From a virus (lineage: Duplodnaviria > Heunggongvirae > Uroviricota > Caudoviricetes): DNA of 19,227 nucleotides. Each line of letters opens with the position of its first letter. Position 1 is the first letter of the stretch. The position numbers and the translations under genes were made by a program. The notes below the pieces were generated by a model that was not told where the DNA came from, searched no databases, and worked only from the letters and a program-made list of their open reading frames with translations. The stretch lies in IMG/VR virus record IMGVR_UViG_2778261379_000001. One strand, given 5' to 3'. Shown one piece after another: positions 13,052 through 19,227 of this stretch.

Positions 13052-15807
13052 TTTCCACTGGTCAGGCCACCCCGCAGCAGGTCTGCTTTGCGGCTGGCGC
13101 GTTCAGTGGTTTCACTGATTCTCTGTGCGTGCTCTGCGTCGCGGATGGCGCGCAGCATGTCAGAAAGCACGGTAACGGGTGTTTTCATGGTGTTCTGGCC
13201 CTGCTGAAGTGTGGATGCCAGGCGTGCGGCGGCTTCAGGGTCTGATGCCCCCAGCTGTGCCAGATAGCTGGCGACCGGGTTATGGCGGATCTCCGTGCTG
13301 CTTACGCCATGATTACGGCTCAGGCGCTGCCAGAGCTGCGTGATTCGGCTGTCCGGGCGGGTATCCGGTTTGCGTACAATTTCAAATCCCTGCGGTGCAA
13401 TGATGCTGCCGTCAACGTACAGACTGCCGCCCCGTAACAGGTGCTGCATCTGTTGTTCACCGATATGCAGGCCGAGAGATTCAGCAGACTCCCGCCATTC
13501 TTTAGCGAGTAATTCGTGGTTATCAGGCAAAGGCCGCTGCTGTTTGCGGCTCTGTGTCCAGCTCTGCATTTCATCGCTGCTGTTTTTTGCCTGTTTGTCA
13601 CGAAGCGAACGCATCAGCGCCCGGCGTTCGTGTCGTTTCAGTGAGCGCATCCATTCGTTCACTTCAACGCCGTCAGGGAGCTGCGGCCACGGTGCTGGCC
13701 GTTCTTCCGGCTGTTCTGTCCCGTTGTTGTCCGTTTCCTGTACACGGGGACAGTTATTGCCACGAGTCCAAGGGGCGGCAGGGCCGCCCTGAAGGTCAAA
13801 ACCATTTTCGCGGGCGCTGTCTTCCGCTTCCGGTTTACGTCTTACCAGCTTCCAGTTATCCGGATGCGTGCACACACGGGAGGATTCCCCGATGAGTGGT
13901 GACCAGATCCCGTAAATCTGTACGCTCTGTTCGCCGTAATCGTTCAGCTCATCTGCGAGGTCGTAGGCGGTGCGAATCAGGTAGTCCTTGCGTGGAACAA
14001 GCACGCCACCCTGTTTTTCAATGTAGGTGGCAAAACACCCGGCATCGGCGGCAGCGAGTACCGCATCCATTGCATCATCTTTCAGCCGTTGCGGGCCTTC
14101 CGGATTGCGTGCCATCTGGCTGGCAAGGCGGCGCAGTTCACGCCACACCTGACGGGAGGGGATGCCAAAGAACTGGAACTGACGGACCCGGTGAAGGCGC
14201 GCCCAGCCGATGGCGCGCTCCACGCTCTCGGCCATTGATTTTCCGGTTTCGTGGTCCACGCGTGGCTTGCCCGTTTTCGGGTCGATGCCATCCACGGCGC
14301 GGCTGTCCAGGTTCTTTCCGATGTAGGTGGCGATGTAGCTGGTTGGCGTGCCTTTTGAGCCGTCGACATACTCCACCTTAAAGCGCGGAGTAATATCATT
14401 GCCCAGCTCGTGGCGGTCTTCCTGAATGGCAATATCGCGGGTATGGGACACAATGGTGTCGATTTCTTCCGGATGTGCAAAGACCATCATATGCCAGTGC
14501 ACGGTGCCGTCATGATGAGGCTCCACCGTGCGGATGCCATACCAGCGCAGGCCGTCGCGGTTCAGTTTTTTGCGGACCGCCGCAAAAAACGTGTTAACCA
14601 GGTAATCGCTGGAGTCGCGCATTGTGGCCCCGTTCCATTTGGGATTCGGATGACCGTTCTCCGTTGTGGCGTGGTATTTTGACGGGCAGGTGACAGTCAG
14701 AAACACCGCTTTGTCGCCACGGGCTTCGGCCAGAAGTTCCAGTCCCTTCATGGTGGCCATCATTTCTGCCTTACGGTGAACCGGGTTACTTACTCCCGCG
14801 TAATACACTGTCTCGAGATCAATCGTGAACCCGTCTTCATTTTCCAGCATGAAACTTTTCAGGAAATCGCGTGTTTTCTCGCGCTGTGCGCGAAACTCGC
14901 TTAACGCGTCCTGGCTCAGATAGGGTGATGTTTTTCTGGAAACCAGACAGGCGGCGCGGAGTTGTTCTTCTCTCCACTCGCAACGTAACAGCCACAGTTT
15001 GCGTTTCCACCATTCCGCACAGGTCAGGCGAAGGATTGCGCCCGGCAGCAGCTCCGTGTCCGGTTCGTTCCTCCGGTCTTTGTCTGTTGTCAGTGCGTCA
15101 TAATGTGGAGGCATGGCGTGCAGGTGTAACGCCATGCGGGCCAGCATCTGATACGCCTTCAGGGTTACATCCATGGTCAGCTCGCCATCGGTCGCGCCAA
15201 AGCCATCGCAGAGTTTTTCGAAGGTGCTGCTGAACATCGCCGCCGTCATGGTGGCCAGCGTCTGTATCTGGTGTTTGTTGAGCTGCGGCAGGTAAAGCAA
15301 ATCGTCCAGGCGTTCGCGTCCGGCAAGGGAGCGATAACCCGGTGTCAGCCAGCGTCCGTCAGTGCTATCCAGACGTTCGAATATTTTGCGCAGGGTTCCG
15401 CGTGCATAGCGTTCCGCCTGCCAGCTCTTTTTGCCTTTCCGGCGATCGGCTTCCTGTTTTTTGCGCAGGAAGGAGAGGTGGCGAATAAGCGGATCGCGCA
15501 GATAGGACGGCAGCAGGCGCAGCGAGGCCATGGCTTCATCCACCGCGCCACGTGCCTGTTTTCTGGCGTCTCCTGCCAGTGTGATGGTTTTGTCCTGTTT
15601 TTCCTGTGCGTCCAGGCTTTTATTAATCAGGTTGCCCAGCGGCGTGGCTGAGAACGCCGCATCAGCCATTTCCTGGCGGCGCTCGTTCTCTGCCCGGTAG
15701 GCATCCAGCCAGGAGGAAAGCGCGGATTCAGGAGCGGGGATCCCCGTTCCTTCACGCCCCACTGCGTGGCGCGGTTGTTGCCAGTCCCTGAGGTACTCTG
15801 CCGTCAT
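12985..15807 (-). CDS. A: replication initiation endonuclease (gpA-like, HUH rolling-circle nickase)
   Basis: 940 aa containing HUH motif DGTVHWHMMVFAHPEE and the tyrosine pair SYIATYIGKN. Position after the early genes is as in P2. Longer than P2 gpA as I remember it (761 aa), with the extra length C-terminal. Confidence 0.85.
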   Translation of the reverse strand: MTAEYLRDWQQPRHAVGREGTGIPAPESALSSWLDAYRAENERRQEMADAAFSATPLGNLINKSLDAQEKQDKTITLAGDARKQARGAVDEAMASLRLLPSYLRDPLIRHLSFLRKKQEADRRKGKKSWQAERYARGTLRKIFERLDSTDGRWLTPGYRSLAGRERLDDLLYLPQLNKHQIQTLATMTAAMFSSTFEKLCDGFGATDGELTMDVTLKAYQMLARMALHLHAMPPHYDALTTDKDRRNEPDTELLPGAILRLTCAEWWKRKLWLLRCEWREEQLRAACLVSRKTSPYLSQDALSEFRAQREKTRDFLKSFMLENEDGFTIDLETVYYAGVSNPVHRKAEMMATMKGLELLAEARGDKAVFLTVTCPSKYHATTENGHPNPKWNGATMRDSSDYLVNTFFAAVRKKLNRDGLRWYGIRTVEPHHDGTVHWHMMVFAHPEEIDTIVSHTRDIAIQEDRHELGNDITPRFKVEYVDGSKGTPTSYIATYIGKNLDSRAVDGIDPKTGKPRVDHETGKSMAESVERAIGWARLHRVRQFQFFGIPSRQVWRELRRLASQMARNPEGPQRLKDDAMDAVLAAADAGCFATYIEKQGGVLVPRKDYLIRTAYDLADELNDYGEQSVQIYGIWSPLIGESSRVCTHPDNWKLVRRKPEAEDSARENGFDLQGGPAAPWTRGNNCPRVQETDNNGTEQPEERPAPWPQLPDGVEVNEWMRSLKRHERRALMRSLRDKQAKNSSDEMQSWTQSRKQQRPLPDNHELLAKEWRESAESLGLHIGEQQMQHLLRGGSLYVDGSIIAPQGFEIVRKPDTRPDSRITQLWQRLSRNHGVSSTEIRHNPVASYLAQLGASDPEAAARLASTLQQGQNTMKTPVTVLSDMLRAIRDAEHAQRISETTERASRKADLLRGGLTSGNKKQTETGLTNPVNEQKTRSDI

Positions 15808-15813
15808 AGTGAT

Positions 15814-16179
15814 TTACTTCGTCATGCCATTCAGGGTGTCGCGGCAGACTGTAGCCAGCCGCTGAATTTCCAGCACGGTGTCTTCTGTGTCGGCATGGCG
15901 ATGTGTGATGCGGATGCTGTCGGCAATCACATCGACGATTGCAGAGGATGGGCGCTGGTAAATGCCAATAACGGACGGGGTGCCACCTTCAATGCGGTAA
16001 AGCCTGTAATTTCCCTCGTGGCTGTCAATCATGTAGCGACCATCAATAACAATCTTTCCGTCAGCGAGCTGCGGTACAGGCAGGGATTTCAGGTACATGT
16101 CATAACGATCACGCACGCGAGCGGCAAGATCACGTTCTGTATTGAGCAGGTATTCAAGAAAGTCGTTGGCGAGAATCAT
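15814..16179 (-). CDS. hypothetical early-operon protein, 121 aa
   Basis: ATG with SD AAGAGG 9 nt upstream. Stop is 6 nt before the A start. Confidence 0.6.
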   Translation of the reverse strand: MILANDFLEYLLNTERDLAARVRDRYDMYLKSLPVPQLADGKIVIDGRYMIDSHEGNYRLYRIEGGTPSVIGIYQRPSSAIVDVIADSIRITHRHADTEDTVLEIQRLATVCRDTLNGMTK

Positions 16180-16251
16180 TGCGGCAATCCTCTTGTTACA
16201 GATGTGCGAAGGCCTCCCGCCGCAAGGTGCAGGAAAGGCCCGGAACAGGAA

Positions 16252-16482
16252 TTAATGGAGTTTGTTTTGCTGCTGGATGAGCTGTTGAAGCTCGTGCAGA
16301 TCATCCGCCAGATAGCTGAAAACAGAGGCGGAATAAATGTTTGATAGTGCGTGGCTGCGCTCATGCAGCATATTGATGTGCATGATTTGCGCGACGCGTG
16401 ATGCGCGGGAAAGTCTGCGGTTGATTTCAGTCTGGATGTGACGACGCTCCGCGATAGCGCGGTGCTGTTTGCGGTTTGCCAT
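16252..16482 (-). CDS. hypothetical early-operon protein, 76 aa (charged, helical)
   Basis: ATG with SD AAGGGG 7 nt upstream. Protein-like composition, unlike the overlapping 205-aa track ORF. Confidence 0.55.
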   Translation of the reverse strand: MANRKQHRAIAERRHIQTEINRRLSRASRVAQIMHINMLHERSHALSNIYSASVFSYLADDLHELQQLIQQQNKLH

Positions 16483-16804
16483 GGTGTGGCCCCTTGTGTA
16501 GTAAGTTGTGAAAACTCACCATCCAGAGCTGCGAAACTGTGGGTGGCGAGACGTACGAGGTTCGCAGTACCGGCTACACAAGAACCCGGCCCGACCGAAG
16601 TCGGCCCCGTACGCCCCGCCATAATTCTGACGCGAAAAAAACGTGGCAATACAGTACGCACAAAAAAACCGCTGGCGCGGTTGTGCGCTTGTGTAGTCAG
16701 CAGGCTGCGAAACCCGGCACCCGTTTTATGAGGTGCAGCGGAAATGTAACCTGACTGATTGCGGCATGGCAAGCGGTTTTTTTGTGTGTGCATGCTCTGG
16801 TTTC

Positions 16805-17104
16805 TTACTGGTTCAGAAAAAAATCAAAAACCTTGTCAATACGTTGCAGCAGCTCTTGCTGTATTGCTTCCGGCGTTTCCGGTTCGCCTGGCACCTCCAA
16901 TGTCGCGCAGAAATCAGCGATTTCATGATGGAGCGTCAGGCGAATGGCAGGAGCCGTGGTTCTGGCGTGCTCCAGCTCATCCAGCAATGCCAGCGCAGCA
17001 GACGGCGAGAGCATTGCGCGAAATGCCAGTAATTTTTGAGGTGTTGCCATTCGTTGCAGGGCAAATGCCAGTTCGCGTAGCTTCTGGTGGTTGATGGTGC
17101 TCAT
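16805..17104 (-). CDS. hypothetical early-operon protein, 99 aa
   Basis: ATG start. Its start overlaps the stop of the upstream gene (ATGA). Confidence 0.55.
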   Translation of the reverse strand: MSTINHQKLRELAFALQRMATPQKLLAFRAMLSPSAALALLDELEHARTTAPAIRLTLHHEIADFCATLEVPGEPETPEAIQQELLQRIDKVFDFFLNQ

Positions 17105-17367
17105 GTTCTGGCTTCCTTCAGTAGCTGGTTAAACATGTGAGTAAGTGGATTGCTACACCCGAACGGCATCGGGTTTACGTGGTAAGAAGCCTGGCCTCCA
17201 GTTTTGCGAGCGCGACCACCTGTGCTGCGGTTTGTTCTGATGACTAAGCCGCCGCGCCAAAGTTGGCGTAACTCAGCATTAATGGCTGTGGTTGGAGTAT
17301 TCAGTGCTGCGGCGATCTCTCCGCCGCTACACCCCGGATGAGTAGCGATGTAGTCCAGAATGGTCAT
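17101..17367 (-). CDS. hypothetical protein, 88 aa, possible winged-helix DNA-binding fold
   Basis: ATGA-coupled to both neighbours. N-terminal ILDYIATHPGCSGGEIAAALNTPTTAINAELRQL resembles a wHTH recognition region; this is an inference. Confidence 0.5.
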   Translation of the reverse strand: MTILDYIATHPGCSGGEIAAALNTPTTAINAELRQLWRGGLVIRTNRSTGGRARKTGGQASYHVNPMPFGCSNPLTHMFNQLLKEART

Positions 17368-17567
17368 CTGCGTGGCTCCTGTACCTGTCGGATAAGGTTT
17401 ACCCGCGCCACATTAGTGGCGCAGAAGTAAGTGCCGTCAGTGAGGTAGATGTGGTGTGCATCCTTTTCCGAACGATGTTTGTCGATAGTGGTAATCAGGC
17501 GTTCGTCGACCTCGTATTCGCGCCCTCTGGAGGTAAAGCGAACGACGGGAAAATGCTTAATTGCCAT
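17364..17567 (-). CDS. hypothetical early-operon protein, 67 aa
   Basis: ATG start with G-rich SD. Stop overlaps the downstream start. Confidence 0.5.
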   Translation of the reverse strand: MAIKHFPVVRFTSRGREYEVDERLITTIDKHRSEKDAHHIYLTDGTYFCATNVARVNLIRQVQEPRR

Positions 17568-17590
17568 TGCGCCCCCTTTGTCCAGTAACT

Positions 17591-18001
17591 CTATGCGTTA
17601 AATACGGTGCACTGTGCGTCATCAATGAATGCGACTTGAGAGCGCTCTATCAGGCGGAGATTTGTCAGAATTTCTGATTCCCTTATGGGGTGAGGAGTGA
17701 TCAGGTATTTATCCTGTAACCCGGCGATAATGGTGTATCGCTGTAGCTCCGAGCCAATTGTGTAAATAAGGCGTCCGGTGTTAGACAAATCCAGTCCGGT
17801 GACTGGTTGTGTTCTGAGAACCGCCAGTTCAGCATCCTGTTTTGCGATAATTTCGGCTGCTTCTGCCGTGACTCTTGCGACTATCAGTGTGTGGGTTGCG
17901 ACGTCCATATGATTATTTGCTATGGCTTTTTTCGCTACTTCGTTTTCTGTCTTTGAAATTTCTTTCAGTGCTCTGATGATACCTTCTTCTTTTGCGTGCA
18001 T
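17591..18001 (-). CDS. hypothetical early-operon protein, 136 aa
   Basis: ATG with SD GGAG 8 nt upstream. No motif I recognise. Confidence 0.55.
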   Translation of the reverse strand: MHAKEEGIIRALKEISKTENEVAKKAIANNHMDVATHTLIVARVTAEAAEIIAKQDAELAVLRTQPVTGLDLSNTGRLIYTIGSELQRYTIIAGLQDKYLITPHPIRESEILTNLRLIERSQVAFIDDAQCTVFNA

Positions 18002-18094
18002 TTTTGTATCTCCGTTATTTGCGTGTGCGAATACCTCCGTTAATACGGATGGTTTTCACGTTTTCTTATTTAATTTGATGTTTTATTTGTATCG

Positions 18095-18208
18095 TTATTC
18101 ACCAGTGAAAAAACGTTCAATCTTTTTTACTGAATGAATAATTCGCACAATGCCAATTGCGCAGACCACTGAAATAATCAGAACAATCCATGACATAAAT
18201 ATACTCAT
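18095..18208 (-). CDS. candidate small membrane peptide, 37 aa (MSIFMSWIVLIISVVCAIGIVRIIHSVKKIERFFTGE)
   Basis: Below the ORF-track size cutoff. ATG overlaps the stop of the upstream gene (ATGA), SD GGGGA 7 nt upstream, single hydrophobic helix. Confidence 0.4.
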   Translation of the reverse strand: MSIFMSWIVLIISVVCAIGIVRIIHSVKKIERFFTGE

Positions 18209-18447
18209 GCGATATTCCCCAGCTTATACGGTTCAATATGTTCCCCGCATTCTGCGGCACAGATCAGCTCGGAAAGTTCGTTAAGTGCATCCAGATCATC
18301 AGCGTAAAAAGCCACGTCATACAGACTCCGGATTGCCCTGGTCAATGAGTCACGGGCTGCACGTTCAGCATGAGCGCCTGATGCACTTAAGCGAAAATAA
18401 AAACGCTCAAGTGCTTTGTTAATGAGAGTTTTATATTCTTTGCCCAT
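18205..18447 (-). CDS. hypothetical early-operon protein, about 80 aa
   Basis: Start taken at internal ATG 18447 (MGKEYKTLINKALERFYF...) with SD AAGGG 7 nt upstream. The track start 18498 would overlap the upstream gene by about 40 nt. Confidence 0.5.
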   Translation of the reverse strand: MGKEYKTLINKALERFYFRLSASGAHAERAARDSLTRAIRSLYDVAFYADDLDALNELSELICAAECGEHIEPYKLGNIA

Positions 18448-18458
18448 CGCAACGCCCT

Positions 18459-18737
18459 TTAATCTGCTTTCTGAATTTCTGCTTCTGAATCCATACAAAT
18501 AATTTCGATATAGGGTTCATCGCCATTAGTCTTACGTGCTTTTTCCGCTTCGCTAATGATTTCGTGTACAGTCTGGTACGGAAGTTCTACGGTCAGGCGC
18601 GTGCCGTTCAGATAAACGTAAGTAGCTGCATTTTTTTCGGATGGAACAACTCCGTCAATGGCTGATGCGCGTAATAACAGTTCACCGCGAAAATCAATAA
18701 AACGGATAAATACACCTTGTGCATGCTCTTTGGTCAT
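18459..18737 (-). CDS. hypothetical early-operon protein, about 92 aa
   Basis: Start taken at internal ATG 18737 (MTKEHAQGVFIRF...), 11 nt after the upstream stop. The track start 18797 would overlap the upstream gene by 50 nt. Confidence 0.5.
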   Translation of the reverse strand: MTKEHAQGVFIRFIDFRGELLLRASAIDGVVPSEKNAATYVYLNGTRLTVELPYQTVHEIISEAEKARKTNGDEPYIEIICMDSEAEIQKAD

Positions 18738-18747
18738 AAAGCACCTG

Positions 18748-19098
18748 TTATAAATCAGCCTGTTTAATAAAACTTTGCCCGTGAAGCAGACGATCAACCG
18801 TGCGAAGTGCTTCGTATAATGTGAAATCCTGCCCGAACTGATTGTCGCCGTTGCTCAGTGCAAAAATGCGGTTTCCGGTAAATGGGTTGCGCTGGCATCT
18901 GTGAACCACGATTCCTGCTTTTTCAATCAGCCAAGTGTGTTCACCAATTTGTTTTACTGGGTAGCCATCCGGCGTTGCGTGTGTTTCGCTCAGGCTGTAG
19001 CGAGAGTTGCTACGTGATGCACTGGTAGCGAAACGGTTAGCATGGCGTTCCGCACCGTTGCGGAAGCGCTGCTGTGAAGAATTGCGCTGTAGTTTCAT
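18748..19098 (-). CDS. hypothetical first gene of the early operon, 116 aa (Cox/Apl position, not recognisably Cox-like)
   Basis: ATG at 19098 and a basic, arginine-rich N-terminal region. Its position next to the control region is the only basis for the positional analogy. Confidence 0.5.
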   Translation of the reverse strand: MKLQRNSSQQRFRNGAERHANRFATSASRSNSRYSLSETHATPDGYPVKQIGEHTWLIEKAGIVVHRCQRNPFTGNRIFALSNGDNQFGQDFTLYEALRTVDRLLHGQSFIKQADL

Positions 19099-19205
19099 AT
19101 TAAAACTCTGTACCTTCGGTAAGGTGTACTCGTGTCACCTTGTATTGATTTGTGGTATTTTTTTTGTGTGTCTGAAGTGGTTTACTGAATTTGGCCACCT
19201 GAACA

Positions 19206-19224
19206 GAGGTGATATGCTCACCTC
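19206..19224. promoter_or_regulatory. candidate operator palindrome GAGGTGA-tatgc-TCACCTC in the early control region
   Basis: Perfect 7-bp inverted repeat with 5-bp spacer, about 110 bp upstream of the first early gene, at the edge of the window. Confidence 0.3.
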
Positions 19225-19227
19225 AGA

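Larger units (their letters stand above)
1..19227. mobile_element. P2-like (Peduovirus-type) prophage segment; both ends extend beyond the window
   Basis: Colinear set of P2 gene homologues in P2 order: O-N-M-L-X-holin-endolysin-spanins on one strand, divergent P-Q, accessory region, then replication gene A and an early operon. Overlapping stop/start codons throughout are typical of phage operons. Confidence 0.85.

Noticed and set aside
12965-15651. Multiple ORFs on both strands nested in gene A (for example 13340..13792, 13896..14381, 14082..14480, 14871..15233, 15271..15651)
   Set aside because: Alternative frames of a GC-rich 940-aa gene with clear HUH-nuclease motifs. Their translations are R/C/P/S-rich.
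16176-16793. 205-aa minus-strand ORF spanning the structured non-coding island
   Set aside because: Low-complexity translation, overlaps the better-supported 76-aa gene in another frame, no SD at its start. The ATGA junction with the 121-aa gene is probably coincidental.
19214-19227. ATG at 19214 as the start of a plus-strand repressor gene running off the window
   Set aside because: The ATG lies in the spacer of the operator-like palindrome with only a 2-4 nt SD spacing. It cannot be supported with 14 nt of sequence.
1-19227. CRISPR arrays, tRNA, rRNA, IS elements or integrase
   Set aside because: No regularly spaced short repeats, no tRNA-like cloverleaf, and no transposase or integrase-like translations were seen. 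The prophage attachment site and integrase must lie outside the window.

Overview
The window is a contiguous segment of a P2-like (Peduovirus-type) prophage, recognised by gene content and order from the translated ORFs. Minus strand, low to high coordinate: a 3'-truncated NanS-p-like esterase gene (1..1152), overlapped spanins, a peptidase-M15 endolysin, a holin, tail protein X, head completion protein L, terminase small subunit M, major capsid N and scaffold O. The late genes P (terminase ATPase) and Q (portal) are divergent on the plus strand (6107..8904). Beyond Q lies the accessory position where P2 carries old/tin. Here it holds an orphan 174-aa gene, about 700 bp of structured non-coding DNA, and a visibly AT-rich two-gene cassette encoding a 1-TM and a 4-TM membrane protein (10167..11546). 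The cassette is the strongest candidate for an undescribed phage-defence or exclusion module. It is followed on the minus strand by a ParR/ParM partition pair with centromere-like repeats, the HUH replication endonuclease A (12985..15807), and an early operon of small, translationally coupled genes running to the immunity-side control region at the window end. No rRNA, tRNA or CRISPR array was seen. The cos site was not identified. All homology statements come from reading the translations against remembered family sequences and motifs; no database search was run.
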